DNA of 63,622 nt, counting the filler, from Chrysochromulina tobinii (lineage: Eukaryota), in NCBI GenBank assembly GCA_001275005.1. It is 6 parts of 6 records of this genome, joined end to end, with 100 filler letters (N's around TTAATTAATTAA, not from the genome) between each part and the next. Parts side by side here need not be neighbours in the genome. Positions count along the whole stretch, not along the records: positions 26,457 to 45,846 come from JWZX01001089.1; positions 45,947 to 55,423 come from JWZX01001090.1; 4 more parts are not named here. One strand, 5' to 3'. The notes beneath the pieces are model-generated. The model was not told the origin of the DNA. It made no database searches and saw only the letters and a program-made list of their open reading frames with translations. How positions within the stretch are numbered: position 1 is the stretch's first letter; each line of letters begins with the position of its first letter. The translations under genes were made by a program, and so were the position numbers. Positions 42,048-52,024 of this stretch are shown here, in pieces.

Positions 42048-45000
42048 TCACTCCTCTTCCTCGTCCTCATTACTCATGAACAAACGGTCGCTGCCGCCGC
42101 CGTGGCCGCCGTATAGATCCTTCTTCATCTGCTCGAGCTGCTGCTGCTTGGCCGCCTCCACCTTCTGACTGAGCATCTGCTCGTCCTCGTCGCGGTCTGC
42201 GCCGTCGTCGCCGTCGCCGCCGTCATCCTCGCCGCTCAGCGCGCCGTCGTCGAGCTCATCCACCCTGCCGAGGGCATGCAGCAAATCAGCAACGTCCTCT
42301 CCCTCGCCGACCTTTTCGCCGTCGAGGCCGCGGCGGGCCTTCTCTTTGGCCGTCTCGGCCTCCTCGACCTTCTTCTTGGCCTCGTCCCAGCAGCCCTGGC
42401 ACACATAGAAGCAGCACGAGTTGCAGCTGCGCACTGTGGGACATTGGCGGCATTCGCTGCCATGCACGTTGCACATCAACGACCGCGCTTCGGCCACAAG
42501 CGGGTGCACGTGCAGCTTGCGACAGATCTTGGTGTCGTCCTCCAGCAGGTTCACCTCCTCTTCCTTGTCGACCTCCAAACCAAGATCTCCGTCCTCATCC
42601 CCCTCGTCGTCCTCATCCCCCTCGTCACTGCTCCTGTCGCCAGTGGAAGCGGCGGCGGAGGCGGCGGAGGCGGCGGAGGCGGCGCTAGCGGCGCTGGCAC
42701 CCTCCCTCTCGCTCACCGCCGGAGCGGCCAGCATCCCGGTCGTGGCCATCGCAAGCTTGTCGAGCTTGGCGTGCAGAGCATTGGCCGCCTCACCGCCCAC
42801 GCGGCGTAGCACCGCCATGGGCGCTTCGCCCCCCCCCGACGCTGCATACGGGTCGACGCCCCCTTCGCGCACGAGCAGCTGCGCCACGTCGCCCAGACCC
42901 TGATGGCACGCAATCCAGAGCGCCGAGCGCCGTCCCGAGCTGAGCACCTCGGGTTTGCAGCCCGCGCCGAGCAACAGCCGGCACGCGGCAGTGCTGCCGC
43001 CGCTCGCGGCCGCGTGGAGCGCAGTGCAGCCCGAGAGCTCCCCACGCCTGTTCGCAAACGCGCCCGCGTGCAGCAGCTGCTCAAGCAGCTCATTGGCAAT
43101 CGCGCAGCTCGCGCCCGCAAACGCGCACGCGTGGAGCAGGGTCTCGCCGTGCGGAGGCACGCTCTCGTCCACGGGGGCAAGCTCGCCCGTGGACTCGTCG
43201 CGCAGCCTCCAGCGCGCGCACACGGCGAGCGTGTGTGGCAGCAGCCCGCCCATGAGCACCGCCACGTCATTCTCACTCACGGGCGGCTGGAGTGCCGTCC
43301 AGAGGGCAAGCGCCGTGTCGGTCGCCTCGCGCAGCTGCCGGTGCAGCTCGCGGCGAAGCGCGCGCGTCGACTCAAAGGTGCCCGACACGGCGCGGAGCGG
43401 TGCTTGCATGTAGCTGGGCACCGCCGTACAAGCATCCTCGATGAGGAGGGTGTGAAGCATCGCGTGCTCGCTTTTCACCTGCTCGGCCTCGAGCGTGCTC
43501 GTGTGCAACGTGGCGCTGCGCAGGTAGACCGTTGGGTGGCCTTCGGTGCGCCACGACTCATCGCGCCGGTAGAAGAGCGCGAGTTGGCGCATCAGACCGA
43601 GCTGGCCGTCCTTGCTCGCGCGGTCATTCTTGATGACCGTCGCCATCTCGCCATCGATGTACGTGGTGATCGTGTTCGCGACCGTGTCGACGGATATGGT
43701 CACCGCGTGCCACCGGTTCGGGCTGAGGGTCGGTGCGTCGCCGTCCGCAAACGACTCGAAGGCGCCCACCTGACCCTGCTCATTGTACTGCACCTGCGCC
43801 ACGTCCGATTTGGGCTCAAACTTGGCAAATTGGTCCCAGCCACCCGTGGTGAGCAGCCCGCGCTTCTTGTAGCCGTCGAGCCCAACGGACGCGATCTTGA
43901 AGTGGATCGTGAGCGCGTACTGGTTGAGTTTGGTCGCGCCGGCCGGTCCGTTCTTGACAAAGGGGATCCGCAGCACCATGTAGCCCGCCGTGCATCGAAA
44001 GCACGGCACGCGCGCGTCGCCCTGGCGCACCGCCGTCCAAGCGCCCACCGCCTGGATCGAGAGGGGCGCGCCTTCCCGAGTACCCGTCACCCCACGCGTA
44101 AAGTCAAAGTAGCAGCACGTGCGCGAGCGGTATGGGTTGTGCGTGCGCTTGCGGCACTGCTGCATCCAGGCAAAGTCGGAGCCCACCAGCATGTCATCAA
44201 GGGCCTTCTGCGCCTCCGCGATCTGGCGTGCGAGCGTCTCCTTGATCGTCAGCTCGAGGGCCGTCTCCTCGCTGCTCGCCACCTTGAGCATCTCCTCGAG
44301 CTCCTTTTCGCCCTTGGGCGGCACGCGACTGAGCTGCCGGCCGAGCGGAGGCGGCGCCGCCAACGACCCCCCTGCCTCGGCGGCGGTGGCCTCGTCATCC
44401 GCTTCGGCGCCCGGCGCGAGCAGCTCCATGAAGTTCGCGTACGTGAGGTGTCCCTTGGTGGAGATGGAGCGCACGAAGAAGAGGACGTCGTTGGGCGTGA
44501 GGTCGGGCACGTTCAGGTACTCGAGTGCGCCGTAGATCTCGCCCGGGCTGAGCAGTCCGTTCTGGTCGTAGTCGAACTTGATGAAGGCGTCGTGGAGCGT
44601 GCCGATGCGAGTCTTGATGGCCTCGCGGACGCGCACCGCCTGTGCGCGCTGCTTGAGCATCGACCACTCGTCCTCGAGGGTGAAGATCTTGGAGAGGGGC
44701 GTCTCGCGCCAGTTCTTGGCCAGGCGGCGCCGGCACTGCACCACGTTGCTGAAGAAGAGGCGCCGCTCGATGGGGGGCACGGGCAGCGAGCGCAGCAGCA
44801 CGTTGAGCTCCGACGGCGCGTAGTGCATCACGCTGTCGATGAAGCGGAAGCAGTTGTGCGCGACCGCGCCCTGGTAGGACGTGTGTGGCTTGTAGTTGAA
44901 GCTCGAATCGAAGAGACGATTGCCCGCCGGGATGCAGCGCAGCGAGAGCGCCACGTCGGGGCCGCCGGGGAAGAGCGGCTGTCCCGTCTTGAGGTGCAAG

Positions 45001-45767
45001 ATGCATCGGATGGTCTCGGCCTCTTGCAGGCTGAGCAGCACGAAGAAGCGACCTGACTCGATCTGGCGGTACCGGCCCGAGATGAGCACCTCGCGCAGCT
45101 CGTCGAAGGAGAGAGCACTCACCGCGGCGCTCACCGTGCTCGAGACGACGGGCGGGGCATCGCCAGGCGAGCTTCGACGTGGGAGGGGGGGTGTTGAGGC
45201 CCCGTGCTCGCCGAGCAGGGCGTCGATCTCGGCGTCGGAGAGCTGGAGGTCCTCGGCGGAGCGCAGCACCTCGCGCAGCTCCTTGCGGCTGAGCCGGCCA
45301 GCGCCGCCGTTGTCGAGTAGCGAGAGTGCGTTGCGCAACCGGCGCTCTTGCACCTCCGAGAGGGCGCCTGCCTTACTCGAGAGCGGCTCGAGAGCGGAGA
45401 CGGAGGGGACCCACTCCAGCAGCATGACCGCGTTCTTGAGTCGACGCTCGCCCACCCAGTCGAGGTTATGGTGGTTACGCGTGACGCACAGGTAATCGGG
45501 GAAGGGCAACGGTGAGCGCTGCGTGAGCCGGTACTGCGACGCGCGGTAAAAGGAGCCGTCGCGGAAGGGAGCGAGCGTCAGCAGGTCGTTTTTGAGTGCC
45601 TCGCCCACGGCCGAGGCCGTCGGCGGCGGCAGCTTGGCCTCGTCCTCACCCCCTGGCTCGCGCCGCTCGGCGAGGGTCGAGAAGGCCCATGAAGTCGGCT
45701 CCTCGCCCTCACGCAGGTACGCGCGGTCCACAAACTTCTCGATGAGGATCTCCTTGTCCTTCTCTAC
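42048..45767 (-). CDS. C-terminal exon of a large EF-hand / LamG-like / ankyrin / Cys-His finger protein (5' partial)
   Basis: EF-hands DNGGAGRLSRKEL and DYDQNGLLSPGEI; LamG-like RWHAVTISVD...TYIDG; ankyrin GETLLHACA, GCTALHAAA, RSALWIAC; C1-like HVHPL...CNV...C...CxxC...CQGC. Acceptor at 45768. Confidence 0.85.
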   Translation of the reverse strand, partial: VEKDKEILIEKFVDRAYLREGEEPTSWAFSTLAERREPGGEDEAKLPPPTASAVGEALKNDLLTLAPFRDGSFYRASQYRLTQRSPLPFPDYLCVTRNHHNLDWVGERRLKNAVMLLEWVPSVSALEPLSSKAGALSEVQERRLRNALSLLDNGGAGRLSRKELREVLRSAEDLQLSDAEIDALLGEHGASTPPLPRRSSPGDAPPVVSSTVSAAVSALSFDELREVLISGRYRQIESGRFFVLLSLQEAETIRCILHLKTGQPLFPGGPDVALSLRCIPAGNRLFDSSFNYKPHTSYQGAVAHNCFRFIDSVMHYAPSELNVLLRSLPVPPIERRLFFSNVVQCRRRLAKNWRETPLSKIFTLEDEWSMLKQRAQAVRVREAIKTRIGTLHDAFIKFDYDQNGLLSPGEIYGALEYLNVPDLTPNDVLFFVRSISTKGHLTYANFMELLAPGAEADDEATAAEAGGSLAAPPPLGRQLSRVPPKGEKELEEMLKVASSEETALELTIKETLARQIAEAQKALDDMLVGSDFAWMQQCRKRTHNPYRSRTCCYFDFTRGVTGTREGAPLSIQAVGAWTAVRQGDARVPCFRCTAGYMVLRIPFVKNGPAGATKLNQYALTIHFKIASVGLDGYKKRGLLTTGGWDQFAKFEPKSDVAQVQYNEQGQVGAFESFADGDAPTLSPNRWHAVTISVDTVANTITTYIDGEMATVIKNDRASKDGQLGLMRQLALFYRRDESWRTEGHPTVYLRSATLHTSTLEAEQVKSEHAMLHTLLIEDACTAVPSYMQAPLRAVSGTFESTRALRRELHRQLREATDTALALWTALQPPVSENDVAVLMGGLLPHTLAVCARWRLRDESTGELAPVDESVPPHGETLLHACAFAGASCAIANELLEQLLHAGAFANRRGELSGCTALHAAASGGSTAACRLLLGAGCKPEVLSSGRRSALWIACHQGLGDVAQLLVREGGVDPYAASGGGEAPMAVLRRVGGEAANALHAKLDKLAMATTGMLAAPAVSEREGASAASAASAASAASAAASTGDRSSDEGDEDDEGDEDGDLGLEVDKEEEVNLLEDDTKICRKLHVHPLVAEARSLMCNVHGSECRQCPTVRSCNSCCFYVCQGCWDEAKKKVEEAETAKEKARRGLDGEKVGEGEDVADLLHALGRVDELDDGALSGEDDGGDGDDGADRDEDEQMLSQKVEAAKQQQLEQMKKDLYGGHGGGSDRLFMSNEDEEEE

Positions 45768-45846
45768 CTGAGAGGGTCGGGGGTGAGGGGGTGAGGTGTG
45801 TAGGGGGTGAGGGGGTGAGGTGTTACGGGGGTGAGGGGGTGAGGGG

Positions 45847-45946
45847 NNNNNNNNNNNNNNNNNNNNNNNNNNNNNNNNNNNNNNNNNNNNTTAATTAATT
45901 AANNNNNNNNNNNNNNNNNNNNNNNNNNNNNNNNNNNNNNNNNNNN
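45847..45946. other. Artificial contig spacer
   Basis: N44-TTAATTAATTAA-N44. Confidence 0.98.
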
Positions 45947-48050
45947 TCGCCGAGCTGTGCACGCATCGCCACATTGAGTTTGGCGTGCTTTTGGCGTTGT
46001 GGCAACCGAGCCATCGCACTCTTGCGAGTGTGGCTCAACGGAGATATGTGTGTGTGAGGGCTCCAATCGCCGACCTTTGAGTGCATCGCCATGATGAGCT
46101 AGACAAGCTAGGCGTGGCGCAAGCGAGCCATCGCCCTTGCGGCTTGATGGAGATGAGTGTGTCAGGGTTCCGATCGCCGAGCTTTGTACGCATCGCAACG
46201 TCGAGTCAGGCGAGCTTGGCGTTGCCACATCAGCATTCTCGACGACGCCGCGCGATGCACGTGCACATCGAGGACGTCGCGTCCTGCGCTCACTGCCCCA
46301 CGCCAAGATGCGTACAGCACAACCCGACCGCTGCGTTGAGTGGGCATATTGCATAGAAAGCAAAGTCTGTGCCGCCGTCGCGTGACTCAGCTCAAAAATA
46401 TAGAAACATAGGAAGGGGCCGAGAAAGGAGAGAAAGGAGCCGAGTGCCTGCGCAGTGGATCGCCCTTGCGGTCGCCACGCTCGCCGCCGCGATGTGCCTC
46501 GGCTTGCTGTTAGGTCTGGACGGCTGCTCTCACCCTTCGGCTAGTATTCGGCTAGGGAGACGCAGTAGAGACGCAGGCCTCTGCTTGCTTCTCCGCGCCT
46601 GCGCACAGTGGGTCGCCCTTGCATTGCGAGTGTGGCGCTTGACGCGGAGATGAGTGTGTCAGGGCTCCGATCACCGAGCTCTGCACGCATCGCCTAGTGG
46701 GCGAGCTTGGCGTTGTCGCAACCGAGCCGTCGCTCGCTTTGCGAGGCAGGCGCTTGACGGAGATATGAGTGTGTTATGAGTGGGTCAGGGTTCCAATCGC
46801 CGAGCTTTGCACGCATCGCCTCGTCGAGTCAGGCGAGCTTGGAGTTTTCCCATCCGAGCCATCGCCCTTGCGAGTGTGGCGCTTGACGGGGAGATGAGTG
46901 TGTAAGGTGCTTTATTGATCTCTATCGTACGGAGCTATCTACTACGGAGTTTTATCGTAGGGCTTTGTCCGCCACTGTGATGGAGTTCTTCAACGCGCTG
47001 CCACCGGGCAGCAGCTCGATGCTCGTCGCTCCCGAGCACAGCACGTCAAGGTCGCCGTCCCATCTCCCTTCACGTCGGCGCCGCGATCGAGCACGTCTAC
47101 GTGGTGCCAGATGCTATCCGGCATCCTGATGCTTGTCGGGAAGGTGCTATCGCCAGCGTCGAGCGGCGCTGGGTTGGCACTGCCGTCGCTACCAAGCAGC
47201 ATGTCAAGGTCGCCGTCGCAGTCTACTAAGTCTACATCCGCCACCGTAATCCATTACGTCACGCGCTGCCTCGTTCTCACGTGACGTGCTTGTGTATCGT
47301 CTGGATGTACGGTGGAGTGACATTGTTTGCAAGATCAACCGGCTCGCAAGACCAACCCAACCACGCCATGAGCACGGATCGGTTAGGTTGATGCGACGCG
47401 ACCCACGCCATAGGACTTTCCCCTTTCTCGGCCCCTTCCTCGGCCCCATAGGTTGCGTTTCTGTTTGCAGTACATCATCGCGACGGCGGCGGCACGTAAT
47501 TTACTTCGTGCAACAAGGCCACTCAAGGCAAGGGTCGTGCTATACGCATCTAGGCGTGTAGCAATGACCGCACGAAGCGGCGTCCTCGTTGCGCACGTGC
47601 ACTGCGTCGTCGAGCATGCAGATGTGCATCGAAGGTCGCACCATAACTGTGCGTGCTCATGCTTGCGAGAGCATTGACCTTGCGTGCCTCACATCCTCGT
47701 CTGTGTGACATTCAGCAGCTATGCACAGACGCAGCGCCCTATACGCATCTAGGTTACATCTAGGCGTGTAGCAGCGACCGAGTCATCGCCCTCTTGCGAG
47801 TAGCGAGTGTGACGGACGCTTGACGGAGATGAGCGTGTTGGGTGTCAGGGTTCCGATCGCCGAGGTCTGTATGCAAAGCCTGCGTCGAGCATGGCGAGCT
47901 TGGCGTTGTCCCAACCGAGCCGTCGCCCTCGCGAGTGTGGCGCTTGACGGGGAGATGAGTGTGTCAGGGTTCCGATCGCTTCGCTGTGTACAAATCGCCT
48001 TGTTGAGCATGGCGAGCTTGGCGTTGTCCCAACCGAGCAGTCGCCCTCGC
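45947..48050 (+). repeat. Three clusters (45947-46228, 46612-46904, 47783-48050) of a degenerate ~115-120 bp tandem repeat
   Basis: Recurring GTCGCCCTTGCGAGTGTGGCGCTTGACGGAGATGAGTGTGTCAGGGTTCCGATCGCCGAGCTTTGCACGCATCGCC...GGCGAGCTTGGCGTTGTCCCAACCGAGCC. Confidence 0.9.
46990..47244 (-). pseudogene. Degenerate FG-GAP/VCBS repeat fragment
   Basis: ADVD...DGDLDMLLG and ADVKGDG(frameshift)DLDVL, with the FPTSI..P linker typical of these repeats. Confidence 0.6.
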
Positions 48051-48599
48051 CCGGCGTATTGAGTTTATTAGAGACTATCAGTACCGAGCACGTACGACTC
48101 AAGAGCCTCAACAAACCGAACGCGAACTTCCGCGCGGCTGGTCGCTGTGGGGCAAGGGCGGCGTGCTGCCGCGCAGCTCAGGGGTCCGCAGCAGCAGCGC
48201 CTCGAGCGAGCGCCGCAGGCGCGCCCCCGCGCAGCTCCGTCTCCAGCTCCTCCCTCTGCGCCAGCGACCCGTCCGCCATCGCCACCCTCGCCGCCTCGCT
48301 CACGCTGGCAAAGGTGGGCGGCGCCGCCGCCCGATCCAGTATGGGAAAGCCTCCTCTTCTCACTTTTGTTCCGCTTACCCGCGCCCCAGTATGGGGAAAA
48401 GCCTCCTCTTCTCACATTTGTTTCGCTTACCCGCGCCCCTGTACGAGCGATCTTGCAACTTGCTTTGTGTGCGGACTGGTCTCAGTGTGGAATGATTATG
48501 TGCTGTGTGATTTTTTTCGGAAATTGAAATGGCTGTTTGGAATCTGTATTTTGTCAATTTAGGTCATGTCAATTTAGGTCATGCAGCATCCGCGGCGGC

Positions 48600-48960
48600 G
48601 TGCTCGGCTGCGGCGGGCGCGAAGGCGGCGAGGGCGTCGGAAGGTCATCAGAAGGAGGCGGTGAGGGTGGTGGGGAGACGGCGGTGGGTGGGCTTGGCAG
48701 TGGCTGCGACGGCGGCGGGGACGGAAGCGCCGGTGACGGCGGAGGTGAATGTGGCGTTGGCGACGTTGGGGATGATGGCGGAGACGGCGAGGGCGGTAGC
48801 GAGGGCGGCGGCGGCGAGGGCGGTGATGGTGGCGGAGGGTAGGGCGGCGGTCCGGCTGAGGCTAGGAAGATGGCGGCGAGTCCGAGTGGGGCGGCGGCGA
48901 CGGTGGGGACGGAGGCGGCAGTGACGGCGGAGGTGAGAGTGGTGGTGGAGGCTGTGAGAC
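48600..48960 (-). pseudogene. PPSPPP-rich gene relic
   Basis: C-rich minus strand encoding PSPPPSPP, interrupted by a stop, with no start or domain. Confidence 0.35.
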
Positions 48961-49177
48961 GGGCTTTCCTTCACAGCAGTGGCTCTCTGCACTCTCGTCA
49001 TGACTCTCGTCTGGCCGTCTGGATGTTGGATATTTATGGGCAAGCGGTATAGTTTCGGCGTGGCATAGGCATTGAGGAAAACGGCGATGGCGGTGGCGAT
49101 TCGAATGGTACCTTCGCGGTCCCCTAACTCCCAGGGGTTCTCAGATTACACCCCAGCCACTATTGGCCTGAGACCCC

Positions 49178-51739
49178 TTACCTTCTCGCCGGAGTCTGGG
49201 CAAAAAAAAGCGTTATGTTCTCAGCGGTCCGAACTGACCTCAGAACCGCTTCCAAGCCCTGGAAGGTCAGGCCTGCGTTGACCTTCAACGCCTCCGCGAT
49301 CGCCTTGGCACCGTCAACGCCGATGTTGTTGTTGTTGCCCAAGTCCAGGAAGGTCAGGCCCGAGTTGACCTTCAGCGCCTCCGCGATCGCAATGGCACCC
49401 TCATCCCCGATGTTGTTGTTCGTGATGTAGAGGGTGGTCAGAACCGCGTTGACCTTCAGCGCCTCCGCGATCGCCTTGGCACCGTCAACGCCGATGTTGT
49501 CGTCGTCAAATCTCAATAAGGTGAGGACCGCGTTGACCTTCAGCGCCTCCGCGATCGCAAGGGCACCCTCCGCACCGATCTTGCTCAGGCCCACCAGCCG
49601 CAACTCGGTCAGGACCGCCATGAACTTCAGGTCAGACGCGATCAGGATGGCGTCGGCGGGTTGGAGGCTCGGGTCGTCATACTGGAGGTCATAGTACTTG
49701 GCCGCCGTCTGGTCGCGCCTCATGCCCGAGAGCATGATGCCCTTCTCCGCGCCCATCTTGGCAAGCTTCTTGGCCAACTCAACGTCGAACCTGTTCTGAA
49801 GCAAGTTGCAGCTCTTGAGCACCGACGTAGCAGGAATGACCTTCAGCGCCTCCGCGATCGCCTTGGCACCCTCGTCGCCGATCTTGTTGCTGCCGAGATC
49901 GAGTTCGGTCACCACCGCCATGAACTTCAGGTCAGACGCGATCAGGATGGCGTCGGCGGGTTGTAGGCTCTGGTCCCAGAAGTCGGCCGCCGTCTGGTCG
50001 CATGTCATGCCCGAGAGCATGATGCCCTTCTCCGCGCCGATCTTGGCGAGCTTCTTGGCCAACTCAACGTCGAACCTGTTCTGGAGCAAGTTGCAGCTCT
50101 TGAGCACCGACGTAGCAGGAATGAGATAGGCGACAAGCATGGTTGTAAGTACGCCGCGCAGCCCCCTATCGGACAAGTTGAGCTCCGTGACGCTGTCCTC
50201 GCGCAGTTGCTGCACTGGAATGCCGCAAATGAGTCCTGAGCCCGCACAGGCAACGGCTGCGATCGTCAGTTCCAACGGCGGCTCTCCCTCGCCTGAGATG
50301 CAGTTGTTGAGAGCATCCTTAGCTGTCCCATGTAGCAATGAAGGGCGGCGCTTGTTGCAAGCCCTGTTTTGCAGATCCGCGGCCCGAACGGCGGCCACGT
50401 CCACCACATAGCCGTAGCCATGGAGGCGCGCAAGCCCAGGCAGCATCCTCCCCGCTACGGCCGCGTCCCCGGGCCGGCCGGCCTCGATCAGCTGCTCCAC
50501 GTCAAGGTCAGTGATCTCATCCAGACGTGTGGGTACTGGCTGCCCGTCGCGGCGGCACAGGCGCGAGCAGAGGACACGTCGCGCCAGCGCCCGCCAAGAT
50601 CGAGTCACGCCCTTGAGCTCGGCCAACGTGGCCACGTCCACCAGGCCCAGAGCAGCCTCCATGGCGTCCGCCGAAAACGAGGGCTGCCGCAGCGGCTCGG
50701 TCGGTAACGTGGAGCTGGCCGGCTGCTGCGGCGCCTCAACGACGTCTTCAGGTACAAATGCCGGCTCGGCGTTTGGCGGCGCGCGCTCCTCCGCGCTGCC
50801 AAAGTCGTCACCACCCGCGCCAATGAGCGCGCAGAGTTCGGGGGCGCGCTTGCCGTTGAGTCGGGAGGCGATCGCGCGCTGGAGGTGCTTGAGCGCGACG
50901 GGGGCGTCGAGATAGAGGGCGTCCTCGATGAGCTGGATGAGCTGGAAGAGCGAACGCTCGTCCGAGCTCGGCCACGTGTAGTCTGGGTCGTTCAGCTTGC
51001 CCACCATCTGAAGCGTCGAGGCCATGATCGTGGGCATTGGATAGATGCCATCCTCGGAGGTGGCGAGGACCATCAGATCCTTCAAGGTGCCCATGAGTCG
51101 GGCTGCATCGCGCGACAACGCGACCTCCTCTCCGTCTCGCGCTCGCACGCGTATTGGCTCCTCGTGCATGTCCTTCTTCGCCGTGGGCGCCTCCTCCTGC
51201 TCCTCGGCCGCCTTCGCCGCTGTCGCCTTCGCCGCAGCCGCCGCCACCTCCTCCGCCACCGCCCTCGCTGTCGCCTTCCGTCTGCTCTCCTCCAACTGCC
51301 ACTGCTGCTGCGGTGGTGGAGGCTGCTGCTGTGGCGGCGGCGGAGGCTGCTGCTGCGGCGGCGGCAGCATCAAGCCAGGCGGCAAGCTACCCGGCACAGG
51401 CTGGCCGTTATCGTCGAGGCGCAGGGGCTGGCCGATGATCATGGGCATTGAAGATCGGACAACGTCGCAGTTGAGAACGATGATGATCTTGCGGTTCTGG
51501 ACAACGTTGCAGACGAACTCGGTCAGCTTGATGACCGAGAGCGACTGGACCTGACCCGACTCGATGTAGTGGTTGAGCTGCGTGGCCATCATGCCCTGCA
51601 TGTAGTTGACGCCATCCGAGACGATCATGCGGTGGCGCACTTCCGCGTGATGGTGGCCGATGAGCTTGACTTCAAGGAGCTGGACCACGGGTTGCTGCGT
51701 CGTGTCGTTTTTGAGCATGGCTCCGTTTGTGAGCGCCAT
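49178..51739 (-). CDS. Fusion protein: RPA70 N-terminal OB fold + Skp1-like + F-box + RI-type (NLRC3-like) LRRs
   Basis: RPA70N: PVVQLLEVKLI...RHRMIVSDGVNYMQGMMATQLNHYIESGQVQSLSVIKLTEFVCNVVQNRKIIIVLNCDVV. Skp1: IRVRARDGEEVALSRDAARLMGTLKDLM...PMPTIMASTLQMV...LIQLIEDALYLDAP...IASRLNGKRAPEL...DDF. F-box: LAELKGVTRSWRALAR. LRR: LTxLxLxxNxIGxEGAxAIAEALKVN. Confidence 0.85.
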   Translation of the reverse strand: MALTNGAMLKNDTTQQPVVQLLEVKLIGHHHAEVRHRMIVSDGVNYMQGMMATQLNHYIESGQVQSLSVIKLTEFVCNVVQNRKIIIVLNCDVVRSSMPMIIGQPLRLDDNGQPVPGSLPPGLMLPPPQQQPPPPPQQQPPPPQQQWQLEESRRKATARAVAEEVAAAAAKATAAKAAEEQEEAPTAKKDMHEEPIRVRARDGEEVALSRDAARLMGTLKDLMVLATSEDGIYPMPTIMASTLQMVGKLNDPDYTWPSSDERSLFQLIQLIEDALYLDAPVALKHLQRAIASRLNGKRAPELCALIGAGGDDFGSAEERAPPNAEPAFVPEDVVEAPQQPASSTLPTEPLRQPSFSADAMEAALGLVDVATLAELKGVTRSWRALARRVLCSRLCRRDGQPVPTRLDEITDLDVEQLIEAGRPGDAAVAGRMLPGLARLHGYGYVVDVAAVRAADLQNRACNKRRPSLLHGTAKDALNNCISGEGEPPLELTIAAVACAGSGLICGIPVQQLREDSVTELNLSDRGLRGVLTTMLVAYLIPATSVLKSCNLLQNRFDVELAKKLAKIGAEKGIMLSGMTCDQTAADFWDQSLQPADAILIASDLKFMAVVTELDLGSNKIGDEGAKAIAEALKVIPATSVLKSCNLLQNRFDVELAKKLAKMGAEKGIMLSGMRRDQTAAKYYDLQYDDPSLQPADAILIASDLKFMAVLTELRLVGLSKIGAEGALAIAEALKVNAVLTLLRFDDDNIGVDGAKAIAEALKVNAVLTTLYITNNNIGDEGAIAIAEALKVNSGLTFLDLGNNNNIGVDGAKAIAEALKVNAGLTFQGLEAVLRSVRTAENITLFFAQTPARR

Positions 51740-52024
51740 GGTGCCCTGCACTTTCGCGCATCGCCAAACATGGTCGCCCTACCAACCTACCAAAAAAGGG
51801 TGCTATGAATGCGACCCATTCACACGAAAACTTTTACACGAAAACTGCTGGCAATATGTATATATGACAATATATGACAACCTGCCATGCACGCAGGTGC
51901 CAATACTCATCGCGCATCTTCCAATGATTTCGAGGGCGCCACTCCGTGCTGGGCTGCTGGCCGTCGTCGTCGGGCTCTCATCGCTGAGCCCCGCGCAATA
52001 CATAGCTCGAACTGTATGGCCTTA

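Noticed and set aside
45770..45846. (GGGGTGAG)n tract as a G-quadruplex element
   Set aside because: It is the C-rich, CTCAC-containing 3' part of an intron on the minus strand at a contig end; ordinary intronic low complexity.
45947..48050. 117-bp repeats as a CRISPR-like or coding repeat
   Set aside because: Units are long and degenerate, lack unique spacers of constant length, and keep no reading frame.
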